Assembly: GCF_016432865.1 (NCBI RefSeq)
Contig: NC_067403.1
Coordinates: 8,680,001-8,744,000 of the forward strand
From: Antechinus flavipes
Taxonomy: Eukaryota
Length of the DNA stretch: 64,000 nucleotides
Direction of reading: 5' to 3'
Positions within the stretch are counted from its first letter, which is position 1, and every line of letters starts with the position of its first letter. Below are positions 13,561 through 28,059 of this stretch, one piece after another. The position numbers and the translations under genes are program-made. Under the pieces are notes generated by a model. The model ran no database searches. It saw only the letters and a list, made by a program, of their open reading frames with translations, and was not told the DNA's origin.

Positions 13561-16500
13561 AAAATCCTTCCTTATATAGGAGGCATGTGTCACAGTGGAA
13601 GATCCATTGATTGGAAGGCTAACTTTTGCAGCTTGCTAGCTGTACATCCTTTGGCTCATTCTTTTCCATTTCTAGAAATCATATAGTCAATCTGTTTGCT
13701 TAGAATCAAAGGTTTGCTAAAGTTCTGAGGCTTACAGAATAATTTCCTCACACCAATATCATGTGGATGATGCAAGCTGGAGTTACCAGCCTTGGGTTAG
13801 ATTTTTGCCTTGGCTATTTGTAATCTTTGTGACTTTCAGTACATTCAGCTTCTGGGACTAAGGATTCTCACCTGTTAAATGATGGGAATGGGGTTAAATG
13901 AACTCTAAAGTCTCTTCTAGCTATCAATTGCAAGCATTATCAAACCCATTTTACAGTTTGAAAAATAGAGGCACATAGTGGTGACATGAATTGCTTAGGG
14001 TTTCACAGCTAATATAACTAGGTTTTCTGATTCTAAGTTTAGATTTCTTTCAATTCTAGCACACTGACTCATCTTACCTTATGACAATGGGTTGTTTTGA
14101 GGAGGCAAAGTAGTACAATGAAAAAAATGGTGATTTTGACATTGGAGTGTAGGAGTGCGATTCCAAGTTTTACCCCACATTACCTGTGCAACTTCCAAGA
14201 GGCTTTTATCTTTCTTAATATCGCTTTCCTAATTTGTCAAATGTGCTTGTGTACTAGATAATCTCAGGAGCCCCTACCAGTTCCAATTCTATAGTCTCAT
14301 GAAATAAAGTCAGATATTTTGCTAATTTAAACTACTATATAAACCCAAATCCCTGAGTAATAGGAAGATTTACTAGTTTTAGTGATGACCTAGGAACTCC
14401 AATAACACACAATTCCCCAAGTATCAGAACAGTCCCTTTGGAATTTGTTGTAATGGGGCCTGATGGGAAGATGTAATAATGTCTTGGTTCTCCCATTTAG
14501 AGGCTTCAATGGATATTCCCATTAGACTCTCAGCCTCCACAGGTTCTGTGCTAGAGAAAGCTTTCTTTAAGCTTTAAGGCTGGGAGTCTCCTCTGTTAGC
14601 TGTTACTTTGGGGAAAACAACCTTTTCTGCCATTTAATTCCCTAGAACCATCCCTGACCTCTGTGGGTTTGCAACATCATCACACTCAGCCATAAACAAG
14701 TCACTGAACCCGTCAGCATGAGTGTTTTCATCTGTAAAAATGGGGATATGCTAGTATCTCAACTCAAGGTGTTTTGAAGATCAAATGAGGTAATATTTAA
14801 AGCTTGTAAAAGATAATTTTCTTACAATTAATAGAATAAGTACTTTTATCTGCCTTTTGGAAAGAAGGAAATTAAGTCACAGAGTACATGTGGATCAGCA
14901 AAAAATGCACAATTGGAAAATCTCAAGAAGCCATTTGTCTAGGACACACACTTTCTTATTTTATTTTATTTTTATTTGGAAAAACCAGAGTAAGAAAAAA
15001 AAAGGAAAGCAAAAAAGAAACACAAAACAAAATAAAGCAAAACAAAAGAGAACATTGTGATGTTCCTAACAGAACCTTAAAAATATATAACAACAAATTA
15101 CCAGATCAAGAAAGTATGTGTGTGTGCATTTACACATATATGTAAGATGTCTCTTTCTGCCAGATGTCTAATTTGTGCCCAATGTCACATGTGATTGGTG
15201 GGAGTCTTGTCTCTAATGATTATCTCTGAAAATTGAACCATGTTCTTCCACCAATTTCTGGGCTTAAGCTCTTCAGGACCATTTAGAAGGCCCTTTCGTT
15301 CCTATTAACCTTGTGAAGTGACCAGAAAGCCCCTCCCTGACAGGGGCAGAGTCTCAGACCTTTTAGTTCATAGGAAGCTTATGGGAAGCCAACAAAAGTT
15401 GCCAGTGTCCCACCCGCTATTTTTGCCACTAGTGTCCACTATTGATTCAAAGGCCATGGTCATAGACTTAGAGTTTTACAAAGAAATAATACAACTCTTG
15501 TTAAGGATCTTAGGCTACCCAACCCATTTCAGATACTCTAACAGAATTATTGTTTTTTTCTCTACTTCCTACAAGCCAGATAGAGTCTGAGATTATATAA
15601 ATTCCAAATTCAGTTCCAAAATCCTAGTCCACAAGTAAAACAAAGCAAATGAAAAAAATCTTGGTCCACATTCCTGCCTTTACTGAGCCTTTCTGTCAGC
15701 AGTGGAAAACCCCTGGCATTATTAATGATTTTACTGATACTGTGTCCCTAAATTTAGTTGTACTACATGCTTTTAGGATACATTTGTAACAACAAAATTC
15801 TATCTAGGTCAAGACTTAATGACAGTACTCTTCCTACTATACACACACATAAACCCTCACAAACTGTTTTCAAGCTGCTATACAACATCTTTTCTGAAGA
15901 TGAAGGCAATGATTTTCAAATTTAATGCTAGTTCTAATATTATAGATGAAGAATTTGAAGGCTAGAAAGGTTGTGACTTTCCCATAGTCACATGGATAAC
16001 GAATGTCAGACTTGGAACCCCAACCCACATTTCCTAAGTTCAAAGTTATTTCTATTATGCCACAAGCAATTAAATATGACTTTTATTCTGCTTTAAAAAT
16101 AACTCGAGAAGACTCTGTGCTTAAGCTGAAATGTTAGAGCTGCTCAAAAAGCGTGATACTGGGCAATCAGGAGTTTGAATGAAGTTATATGAAGACCATG
16201 ATTTTAAAAAAAGATTCTTTTAAAAAGTTGTATCCCTATTTATCAGAAGAATCTAACATTTTCCACAGTAAGATCTCTCATTGACACTGTCTCATCAAAG
16301 ACTTAGACACTTGCTAAATTTCTGAGATCATTGAAAACCTGACTTAACAAGTATCATCATCCGTGGTTCAAAGGCTCCAGTATTATTAAAATCGAATTAA
16401 GAGCCTGGTTATAATACTGCTACTCCTATATCAAGGGGGCACCATCTGTCTCAATTTTCATAATATATGGATTTCTCAAATGACTTGTTGCAGAATCGTC

Positions 16501-17774
16501 TTGTATGTAGAATTCATAGGGAAACCCTGCAGTCGTATAAAAATCAACTAGTTTTGAAATTTATACTGATCCAAGACATGGTCCTGGCTAGTGATACTAC
16601 ATTAACCTGTCCCAATAATAAGAGAAATAACATCCAACAGCAGCACTATCCATAACATTCAGAGAGGTCTGACCAACGGGGACAACTCAATACATGAAAG
16701 GCAATTATCAGAATATTTTCAGCTCAGTTTATATATGTATCAAACTTCTCTCTATTTGCAAAGCATAAAATTAATGTTTAATAAGGTATTTAACAATATA
16801 TAATTAATTAATATGATATTTACTAATTACCCAAATTAATTATTATATCAATTTTAGTATAGTGATAAAACTGATATTTGATCACGATATACTTAAATAA
16901 TATTTAATAATAAAGAACAAATCACATCCTATAATGCTTTAAGTTTTTCAAGTCTGTTTCTTCTCTGAGCCTTGTGAAGTAGATGGAATTTAGAATGCAA
17001 AATGTGCAAGGACCAGTCGCCTTGAAGGAATTCACCATTCCAAATCCATTCAATGGAAACTCAAAGAACTGACATAAAAGGTCACATCTCCCAGTCTTAA
17101 TTATTCCCATAACAGTAAAGCCTTGTACCATGCCCTAACCATAAGTCCTTAATAAATGGTATTTGTAACTGTTTCTTTATCTGTAAAGTGGGATAATAAT
17201 ACTTAGACTGCTAACCTTCCAAAATATCCTAAGAATCAAATGAGATAAAATATAGAATATGCCATTTATTTTTTGAGAAACAGAAGCAAAGAAAACTCAT
17301 AGGGGGAAGAGCAAGAGGATTTTATATAAGATAAGGGGAGCTTCCTTTCCCAGTGCCAGTTGGCAACTCTTTTGTGACTTTATATTTTTTAGTTTCCTGC
17401 GTTACTGAAAGGTTAAAAGACCTGCTCAATTTTTCATAGTTTGTATTTGTCAGAGGTAATACTTGATTCCAGGTTATCCAGATGCCAAGGCTAGCTCTCC
17501 GTCTACTTCCAGATGTCGCCCCACCTCCCCCCATAACTGCCTAAATCATTTAGCACTTATTATAATATCAAAACCAGATGGTCAATGGCAAGATATTTTA
17601 GACTATGGCAATAGTTGCAGTGGTATCCATGAATGACTATGCATTGACAACGTAAGCTGATTCTATGTGGTATATCAAGGGTTAGCCAAAAAAAAAAAAA
17701 TCTTCCACAAAATAACACTTTCTGAGTACATGGTCAAAGGTGTTGGGGGTTATCCTATTTTTTTATTTGGAGTT

Positions 17775-18055
17775 TTCTTTTTTTTAAACACCACAGATTT
17801 TCCTCATCTCTCCTCACCCCATATACCACATGTTTATTGATTTCATTCTTCATGATCCTATTTGGGGTTTTCTTGGCAAAGATATGAGTGGTCTGCCATT
17901 TTCTTCTCCAGCTCATTTTACAAAGGAGGAAACTGAGGCCAAAAGGGCAAAGTGACTTGCTGGGGTCACACAGTAAGTGTCTGAGGACAGATTTGAACTC
18001 AGAAGATGAGTCTTTGGAGTCTCCAAGTCCACCGTGCCATCTAACTGCCCTGGAT
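17775..18055 (-). mobile_element. Mar1-type CORE-SINE
   Basis: ggggttttcttggcaaagatatgagtggtctgccattttcttctccagctcattttac..gtgccatctaactgccc. Confidence 0.9.
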
Positions 18056-18068
18056 ACTTCATACCGCT

Positions 18069-18071
<3 letters not shown>

Positions 18072-18125
<54 letters not shown>

Positions 18126-18127
18126 AC
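18072..18127. repeat. (CA)n microsatellite
   Basis: Long, nearly uninterrupted CA run. Confidence 0.97.
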
Positions 18128-18607
18128 TTATCCAGGGGGTCACCTCCCTAAGTATATTCAACGTCATTCATTCTCTATCAAGAAAAGGAAGGTACTACTT
18201 CGCAGTCTTTGTGATTGCTGTGATTCTTCTGAGAGAAGAAATTATGAATTGTCAAGTTAGCTCCTATAGGAAAATACTTCTACTCCTTTTCAAGTAGCAA
18301 AGTGTCTTGGGAAAAGCTGGTAAGTTAGTGTCCAGGGCAAGCATACAGTTCAAACAGCCTAACTGCAGGAAGGGGTCATAATATGACCCAGTTATTCCTT
18401 GAGAAATTCCCCCCCCCAAAGTGCTTTATTATGCTCCTGTATTATTATAAATGGATTTCAAAGTAAGAAAGATATCTCTTGCTTTATGAGGGGTTAAATG
18501 AAGATCTTGATCATATAAATGAATAATGTATCCTTGTCTAGGGACTTTGGGATAGGGACTTGAGTTATCATCTAATTTAACCAAAACCTAAATAAGAATA
18601 AATTTTT

Positions 18608-18852
18608 TGGGTAGTTAGAGCACATAATGTATGGAATCTATAGCTGGGACTCTCTTCCTGAATTCAAATCTGGCCTGAGACACTAGGTATGTGACTTTGG
18701 ATGATTAGCTTAACCCTGTTTACCTCAGTTTCCTCATCATTAGTAAAATGAGCTGGAGAAGAAAATAACAGAGCATTTCAGTGTCTTTGCCAAGAAAACC
18801 CCAAAAGCGGTAAGGAAGAGTCAGACACAAGTGATAAATGAACAACAGCAAA
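18608..18852 (+). mobile_element. Mar1-type CORE-SINE
   Basis: cctcagtttcctcatc..gtaaaatgagctggagaag..ctttgccaagaaaacccc..gagtcagacac..aacaacagc. Confidence 0.88.
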
Positions 18853-19249
18853 AATGCCGATTCAGATTCTTCTGGAATTTCTAGTTCTTTACTAGAAATG
18901 GAGAGTTTATTGGTTTCTGAGGCAGTCCATTCCATTTCTGGAACATCCTAATTAAGGCCATTTTCCCTTATATTGAAATTAAATCTCTTTACAATCCCGT
19001 CCCCTTCTTTAATTCTGGTCCTTCCTTTGACTTTTTCTATGTGGCCCCAGAAGGCAAAGTACAGGAAAGCCCGTCTAATAAGTTAAAGAAAGTGATCAGC
19101 CACTCAGAGCATGTATCTATGGCTGTGATTCCCAAATGGGATCTTGCTGAAATCTAACAGTGAGATGAGACCATAAATTACAATGTCAGTTATCAATTAT
19201 CCCAGTGCCTTATATCAATCAACCTGAGAATCTCCCAAAACGCAGAGAT

Positions 19250-20400
19250 GCAAAAAGAGCCTCAAAAGCCATCTATTCCAATCTATACCCTCTACAATAT
19301 AACTCCAAAATAATCTTTCTTTGAAGACTGCCTTTTTGAGGGGTAACTTACTAATTTTCAAGGCATCTCTTTTCACTTTAGTATAGCTCTAATCTTTAGA
19401 ATTTTTTTCTTACAAAAACTTCCATCCAATGTCATTAGTGATTCAAATATAAGGAGTCTAGTCCCTTTCCCACATGAAAGATCTTCAAACGCTTGTAGAC
19501 TTGCCAAATGTCCTCTAAGTCTACAAGCAAAACATATTCATGCTCATCAACCTCCACTCACTGGGTATGAACTCAAAGCTTTTCTTTATCCTGGTTACTT
19601 TCCTCTGGAAGTTACTCAGTTTATCAATAGCTTTCCTAAAATTCAAAGCCAGAACTAAACACAAGGCTCCAGAAATGATCAAACCATATCATCAGACAGT
19701 AATTCTGGATATTAGGCTCCTCTCAATGCCATCTAAAATTGTATTCACTTTTTTGCCTGCTACATTACACAGCTGACTTATCACTTTCCTCCCACTTCAC
19801 TACAAACTCCAGATTTTTTCCAGATGAACTTCTGATTTACCATTCCTCCTTAATTTTGTACTAAGAAAATTGACTTTTTTAGTTTAAGTGAAAGACGTGT
19901 ATTCCTATTCAATTTTACCTCATTAGATTCAGTTCAATTTTAGTCCCTCAAGCTCTTTTTGGATCCTGATTATGACATCCAATATTTTAGTTATCGCTCC
20001 TATTTTCTTATCAGCAAATTGGACAAGGATGCCCTTTACACCTTTATGTAAGATATTGACTAAAATTTGAAACATCATAGTATCAAGACGACATCCCAAT
20101 GGTACTTCCCTAGAAATCTTCCAAGTTGACACTGAACCATTACGACAACTCTTTCAGTCAAGTTATCCTAAAAGTTCCAATCGCATATATAGTTCACATA
20201 AAATAGAACTAAAAGTTTTATGATATATTTTAATAAAACCCAGGTATATCTATTGCATTCCCTGAATTACTATTCTAACAGCTCTATTTAAAAAATCAAA
20301 TTAATTTAGACTAGCATGCATTCTTCTTGATGACCATTCTAGCTCTTTGTAATTGCCATTTCCTTCCCTTCAAGGGAAATCCCTTCCCCATGTTCAGAAT
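19250..20400 (-). mobile_element. L3/CR1 LINE fragment (reverse transcriptase region)
   Basis: ORF 19929-20132 (WKISREVPLGCRLDTMMFQILVNILHKGVKGILVQFADKKIG) resembles the CR1 RT motif W..VTSGVPQGSVLGP.LFNIFINDL....LSKFADDTKLG. Confidence 0.85.
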
Positions 20401-21564
20401 TTTTACAGGAATGAAAATCTTCCTTAACATATAATTTACAGACTTTGCTGCTTTCCTTTTCATGAATCAAGATCAGAAGGTAACAGATTTAGAATTGGAA
20501 CAGACATTAGAAATCACCAAGCCCACTCGCTTCATTATGCAGACAAGGAATCTAATATCAAGTAGCACTATCTAATGCTGATGCTATAAGGTAAAATTAC
20601 ATAATTCTGGTACCAATATGTCACAACTGGTTGTGCTGTTCCATCTACCCTAGGACTTTTGATGCAAAAAAAAATGACTAAACTACTCCTCATTCCAGCT
20701 AATTACCCTGTGCAATTAGCTGTGCAGGGTCCCAGACTAGCCAGTGAATTAAATGGAGTATGGAGAGGTCATCTCATATACAGAAACTTCCCAAAGAATC
20801 TAAGTGATTCACAATCCTTCGCTATAAATTGTTAAGGATGCCTTTTATAATGCAATTCTACTATTCTAGGAGGCAGACATTATATGCTACACATCTGGGA
20901 GCTGTTTATATGAAAGCATTTGCTAGATGATGGCTTGGAATTAATTCAGAAATTGGAAAGATTGTAAAGAACCATTGTATTTCTAGGTTAGTTGAGTTAA
21001 TATACCAAAAGCACCTCCTTTTCCATAGGAAATCATTAACAAGTCTTAGTCAAGAAACCTTATTGTTTTGTAGAACCATTCCTAGGGAACAACTAAAGAC
21101 TGACCTCTTCTCAAAATAACTTAAATGGCTCCCAGCTTCACTACAGATTTCTGCTGGAATAGTTATTGTTCTGTACTGATTATTGGGGAGAAAAAACAGA
21201 TTACTAATTCCTGTACTTCTGAATCTGAGTATTCCTTTACCTCAGTTAGATTTGAAGACATCAACAGAGGTGTCAGGATTGTACTTCATCACCTTCAAGC
21301 AATGACTTGCCAGAAAGGGTTCTAAGAATTCTCTGAAGTGAAGTCTAGAGGAGAATGGCTAACAAGAATTTTTTATCACTCAACATGTCACTCTGTTTAA
21401 CAGGAAGCTGTCTCGTTGAATTATTAATGGGACGATGTCTCAAGACTTGATTCATCCACTTCAATCTGGACTTAACTAAGGATTTACAAGACAAACATAT
21501 TCTATATGTTCCTCAATCTGAAATCATTCATCATTCATTTCTTCCATAGTGCTTATAGTTTTCC

Positions 21565-23530
21565 TAATAACTGACCACATCAATAACCAAGACATCAACC
21601 ATCATATGATTATTTTAATAAATGCAGAAAAAGCTTCAAACAAAATACCCAATCCTGTAAAAAAAAAAAACACTAGAGAGCACAGGAATCAATGGAAGCT
21701 TTCTTACAAGGCTAAGTAATACCAATCTAAAACCAAGAGTAAGCATTATCTGTAACAGAAATAAACGCCAAGCATTCACAGTAAGATAAGGGTAAAGGCA
21801 GAATATCCAGTATTAGCACTATTACTCAATATTGTATTAGAAAAACTAGTTTTAGATCTAAACAATTGGAGAAATATTAATTGCTTATGGGTAGGCCAAA
21901 TCAATATAATCTAAATGACAATTCAACCTAAGTCAATTTACTTATTCAGTGTCATAAAAAACTGCCAAAAATTATTTTATAATGCTAGAAAAAATGATAA
22001 CAAAATTTATCTGGAAGAGCAAAAGGTCAAGAATATCAAGAGAATCAGAGGAAAACAATGTGAATGAAGGTGGACTGGCAGTGCCAGATTTCAAACCACA
22101 TTACAAAATAGAAATCAAAATCCCTAACTGGACAAGAAATAGAGCCATAATCAGTGGAATAGATTCAGTGCACAATCCACAGTAGTAAGTAAATTACCTT
22201 TGAAAACCAAAAGATTTAAGCTTTGGGGGCAAGAATTTACTATCTAGACAAAAAGTGCTGGAAAAAATAGAATGCAGTTTGAAAGAACCTAAGCATACAT
22301 CTTATACTGTACACCCAGATAAGGCCAATGTGAAAAAATGAATTAGACATAAGTAGGTGAATAAGATACAGATAAGTAAATAAAAATATAAGCAAATTAT
22401 GGGAGTGTACCCATCACATCTTTGGAGAAGGAAAGAGTTTATAAACAAACAAGAAACAGAGAATCATAGAAAATTTTGATAATTACAGGATAATTTTGAT
22501 TAAATGAAATGAAAAAGTTTTTTCCACAAACAAATGCTACCAAAATTAGATTAAAATAGAAGGAAAAAATTTACAGTAAGTTTCTCTGATAAAGGTCTTA
22601 TTTCTCAAATATATGGGGAACCAAGCAAAATTTATAAAATTATGAATCAGTTCCCAATTGATAAATAGTGAAAAAATACAAAAAGTCAATTTTCTGAAAG
22701 GAAAAAAAAATCAAAGCCATCAATAGTCATGTCCTTAATAATGGGTTGGAAAAATTCAAATTAAAACAATTCTAAGATGCCACATTAGACCTATTAGATT
22801 GACTAACATGACAGAAACAGACAATGACAAATGCTGAAGGGACTGCAGGACAGTAGAGGACGTTAATCCAACAGTGGATTTGACCCAGCACCATCACTAC
22901 TGGTCTGTATCCCAAAGAGATCAAGGAAAAGGGAAAATATACATTTGTCCAAAAAAATTCATAGAAACTCATTTTTGTGGTGTCAAAGAATTAGGAATCA
23001 AGGGGATACCCATCCATTGGGGAATGGCTGAACATGTTGTGGTATCTGATTATGATGGAATACTATAATGCTATAAGAAATGATGATCAAGATGGTTTCA
23101 TAAGAGCCAGAGAAGATTAATTGTTACAGTGTACAATGTTCTCTTGGTTCTGTTCATTTCACTTTGCATCAACTATTGTAAGGATAATCAACTGTGAAAG
23201 ATTTAGCTATTCTGATAAAGACAAGGATCCAATACAATCCCAAAGGACCCATGATGAAACATGCTATCCATCTCTAGAGAGAAACTATGGGCTCTTTATG
23301 CAGATTAAAGTATACTTGTTTTTTAAATTTAAAAAAAATTTCTTTTGCTTTTTTGTATCTTTTTTTACAACATGGCTAACATGGAAATATGATAAGTATG
23401 ATGTCACATGTATAACCAATATCATATTGCCTTCTTTCTCAAAGGATGGAGGAAGAAAAGGAGAAAAAGAATATGGGACTATAATTTTTTTAAAGAATGC
23501 TAATAATTTAATGAAATTAAAATATATTCA
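21565..23530 (+). mobile_element. L1 ORF2 (RT to C-terminus) remnant plus 3' UTR
   Basis: ORF 21982-22185 LEKMITKFIWKSKRSRIS...EGGLAVPDFK is canonical L1 ORF2; many disablements. Confidence 0.9.
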
Positions 23531-26009
23531 GAAAATAATTGTAGGAAATGTTAAATTTCAGTTAGAGGTTAATGAAATAAAAATATAAGTTCTCATCCAA
23601 ATGCAAGACCCTGTGAATACTATCTACAGAGCCCTTTGGAGTCTGAGGACCACAGGTTGAAAACTTCTGTTCTAAGATGACTTAATCTTAGCAGATCTAT
23701 TCATCTCCTTTAGAAATATCCAATGTTAATCATGAGAAATTTACAGCTATGACATGAAGTGATATTTTTTTCTAAAACTGATGTCACCAATATTGTTTAT
23801 ATTTTTATACTCAATAATATATTATAGTGACAGTATTCCAAAGGACACTTCTGACTCAAAAATTATATCAGCTTAGAGAGGAAAATGTGTGGATATTAAT
23901 TAGCAAGTATATTTTGGTGAAAATTGGCAAATATTTTGGGATTTCTATGGCTAGAAGTTTAGAGATAATTGGGCAAAGTTACTTTTGAACAGTTTTCCAG
24001 CAATAAAGAAGTAATTGTTGACAACATGCTTGTTTTTTTATTTACTGCCAGATATAGGAACTTAGTGTGTTTAAGAAAGCCTCTTCACCTTAGTGATTTC
24101 CTACTTCCTTCATCTATTAAAATGAAGAAATTGGAATAAATTATTTTCCAGTGTTTCATTACTCTAACATAATCCTCGCCAATAACACTTTCTCCTCCCT
24201 TTTTTCATACCGAGTGCAAGTATCCAGCACCCATCATCCTCCTGTCATACCTGAACATATGCAAACATTTAACTTGACATTAATGCAAATGAGATGGCTG
24301 CAATGCAAAATGGAAGCTACCTTTACTGCACATTTTGAGGGATGGTATTGGCTATCACAACAACTTACCTAACTGCCAGTGCCCAGAAAATGATATGTAT
24401 GTTGACTGCAATCCTTTATTACTGGAAGAACTTTTTAAAAAATCTTATAAACAGCCTAAAAATTCTTCAAAGGGCAATAGAGCTAAGAAGAAACAAGTCT
24501 GCTATAATTATGTCTTTTTTCAATTAAATAAAAAAATCAGATATACATGTATGTATATATAGGAATATATCTCCCCACCACAGCATAAAATCTGAATTGC
24601 AACATGAATTCAGTTGAGCTTGATGCCATCACTGGCACAAGCCAACAGAAGCAATCTAAATAAAGACTGGAACATCTGTCTGCTGAATGAAAAGGAGTTT
24701 TTTTTTCCCAAAGAATTTCAGTGGAAGGCCAGGAATAGAGCTACATAATCACTATTGATCTAGAAGATGAAGCAAACATCCAATTAATGAAATTTTTAGA
24801 TTGGTTGGTACAGCTAGTTCTTTCTAATGACTTTTCAAAAAGTAACTTAAAATGATCAAATCAAATCAATCATCATTTACTGAATGCTCCCCAAGTACAA
24901 ATCTCTTGAGATAATATCCAGAAGTAGAAAATCATAGTCCCTGCCTTAAGGAAACTTAAAGTCTACTTGGAGACAAAAGACCTAGAAAAGGTCACAATAG
25001 AAGAGATGTCTGGTAGGAGTGCAAATATCACCTTGTGCTGTTATGGAAGGAGCACTGACCTTAGAAGAACAAGACCTGGCTTTAGCTCCTTACTCTGCCA
25101 CTTAGAAATCACATCACCCAAGTCATTGAAACTCTCTCCACTCATCAATGGTGGAAATTACACGGTTGTTGTGAAAGCCAATTGAGATCATTGATATGAA
25201 AGCTGTATGTATGTGAGCTGCGTAAATGTGAGGAGGGGCTTCATGGGAGCTGTGGGATATAAGTTGCCTGTGTGCTATGGAGATGAACTGTGATGGCCCA
25301 CACCACTTCCAACTCTAATCTCTAATTCAGATCATTAGTTTCAAATGTAAAAATAAAGAGGAGATGGATAATGTTCAAGCCCATGTGGCCCCAGTTCAGC
25401 AAGAGGAGATTTTGTCTCTCCAGAGCAGTACAGGTCCCAAAAGCCTTAATGTAGTATTAAGTTAGTAAAGCTTCAAAATGTACTAAGACTTTTTGGGATA
25501 CTCTATATATTGAAGGTGTGGGGATGCATGGAGAATATTTCCTAATTAGAGCTAACCAAAATTTGAACTGTCAAACTTGGAAGAAATCAAGCTCCTTGTT
25601 TCCAGTGGAGATTATTAAGCAGGACCTGGATGATCGTTTGTTGGGAATACCATAGTAGCTATTCAAGGATCAACTTCTCTGCTGAGCTATGGTACATAAT
25701 CTTCAAGATCCCTTCCAATGCTGAGATTGTTTTACCCTATTATTCTCCAGGCTCTAAGTCAGTCCTAATGAAACATACTTCAGGGCCATCCAACTCCCCT
25801 TGCCCTGGTTCCACATTAACCAGGTAAGATTCTCAGTATCAATTAATTTCCTTTACAATAAAATTTGAACAGATGTTTAATTGATTTTTTTCTCTCATAT
25901 TCTTATTATTCCTCAATGTCTCTTCCTCCAAAGAAGCACAGTTAAGTAAATAAACTGGTTGGTTAATAAACCAACTCATTGATGATTTTTCCATAAGAGA
26001 ATGTTTGAC

Positions 26010-26420
26010 CAGGGATTCATTTAGTCAACAAACATTTATTTTCCACTCCGATCCAGGAAGTGTGTTATGGCTCAATATATTCCAATGGCTCCTATTGCTT
26101 CTAAAACATTGACTTGCTTCAGTTGAGCCGAGTGTGACTGTCTAACCTGGGGGAAGATTCCCATTGGCCCTTCCCCTCTATAACAAATAGCCTTCTTGCT
26201 TTGACTTTCATAACCTTGCCAACCTGGCTGTGATCTCCCCAAACTCATTACTTATGGCTTCCCGCACCATCCTCTACAACCTTGCCAAACTGAAGTTCTC
26301 ACAGGTTCTCATGTATCACATCCAAATTTCCACCTCTGTGCCTTGGTACCAGTTGTTCCCCATGGCTGGAATGTAGTCCCTTTCCTGTTTCCTAGAATTC
26401 TTATTTCCTTCAAGTACCAA
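26010..26420 (+). mobile_element. L2 fragment
   Basis: ttccaatggctcctattgc..tttgactttcataaccttgcc..tccacctctgtgccttgg..tggctggaatg. Confidence 0.6.
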
Positions 26421-26429
26421 CTTCTCCAT

Positions 26430-27290
26430 AATAGAATGTGTTTTTCTTATATTTTATTTTCTTAAACACAAAAAGACCTTCTTAGGTAATAAACAAGCTA
26501 ATATTTATAGAAGGTTTGGTGGAAAAATAAATGAACAAATTAAAGTAGATCATCACAAATAACAATAATATTGGAAAACATAATAAATGAACTACCAAAA
26601 AATGTTTTAGGGAATCTATCTCCTCAAAGTTCCTCTAAAATTCACCATTTTCATGCTTTTTGTCATCTTTGCTAATCATCTAGATATGAAACAAAATGTT
26701 AGGGCTAACATGCATTTCTCTTATTACAAGTTTTTAGCTTGAATTCTTTTAAAATGCCTTTGACTATTTATCTGGTAGGGAATGGCCCTTGTTCTTTTAT
26801 ACCTGCATCGATTACTTATATATCTTAGAGATTAAATTTTACTTAAAGATATTGATTAAAATGATTTCTTCTTAATCAACAGCTTCTTATAGATGGGTTG
26901 ATTTTTTTGTATGTGCAAAAGCTTTTCACTTTTATGTAACTGAAACTGCCTTTTATCTATCGTGATATCCCTTGTGTGTTTAAAAAATTCTCCCCCTAGT
27001 CAGGGTTTTAAAAGGGTCTCATCATTTTTCTCTAAATTTTTAATGTGACTTTATAATTAAAAACATATACATTTGGAGCTTATCATGATATGTTAAATGT
27101 TGGAATAAAATTAATTTCCAGTTTTTTCCCTGCATTTCTTTTCAAATACAGTCTTTACCATTGCAGTTTGAGTTTCAGGATATATTGGAGGGTAGGCTAC
27201 TATTTGATTGCTCTTGCATCTTGTTTGACTTGTCTATTCCATTCTTTTCTCCTATCTATTTTTCCAGAACTTTTATGTAATTTGTAAGGG
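26430..27290 (-). mobile_element. Old L1 ORF2 3' fragment
   Basis: Antisense L1-like text (tgtgcaaaagcttttcacttttatgtaac, ttttccctgcatttcttttcaaata). Confidence 0.6.
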
Positions 27291-28059
27291 AGTGACTTAG
27301 AAAAAGAGCAGAAGAATTCTGCTTACTGCAAATCTTCATTCCCCCATTGTAAAGCAATCTACTGGCATTCTGGTTTATAAATTAATCTCCTATGCATTTG
27401 GTTACTCTTAATTAGTTTCCCAATACCCAATTCCTCCTAGGTGAGCTAATTAAATGGAGTTCTCAAATAGTGATCTAAGCACCTTATTCTGACCCCTTAC
27501 TCTGCTCATCTGCACAGAGACTTAGAGAGCCTCAGTTTGACCCAGTTATTTATTCTTACCCTCTCTCTCCCAAACCTAGGTTTTCTAATATTTTAAGGGG
27601 GGGGGGACTAGGGGGTAGGAAAGTTCCTTTACTGACCTAAAAGACAGCTTAAATGGTTTTCTTCTTTTTTCCCCTCAGATTTCTTGACCAAATTCATCTT
27701 GGCTAAGAATGGGTCACATCTGGTAAGGTGGCTATTCTTCCTTTCTCTTTCTAGTTCCAAAAAAAAAAGACCCAAGGTGATGAGAGAGAAAACCCAGTAA
27801 GCAGATATAGAAATCCCTGCTTCTTAAATAAAGTAATTAATTAAAACACTTTGTAGATTTTAAATGCTCTATGAATGTCATTATTGTTGTTCACAAAATC
27901 ATGACCGTTCTTTGGGTTGAAAAACTTGATTTGAAATTACTAGAGGAGGAAATTTCATATACTTTTGGTTAGAATCTGAGTTTTTAAGTTGTTTAGGAAA
28001 ACCAACATCACATAGCTAGTTTCCACTTAATTAACAAAGACATAGATACTTACCGAGTC

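Noticed and set aside
17755-18167. ORFs with VCVCVC/HTHTHT runs (also 4776, 61774)
   Set aside because: Produced by (CA)n/(TG)n microsatellites and SINE sequence
21242-21345. Minus-strand exon-like segment with GAG|gtaaag donor
   Set aside because: All three frames contain a stop before the donor and the peptide is not recognised
23121-23588. 155-aa plus-strand ORF
   Set aside because: Lies in an L1 3' end/UTR; low-complexity F/K-rich translation with no domain
27597-27620. G-rich tract as a G-quadruplex
   Set aside because: G10-acta-G5-ta-GG cannot supply four GGG runs with loops
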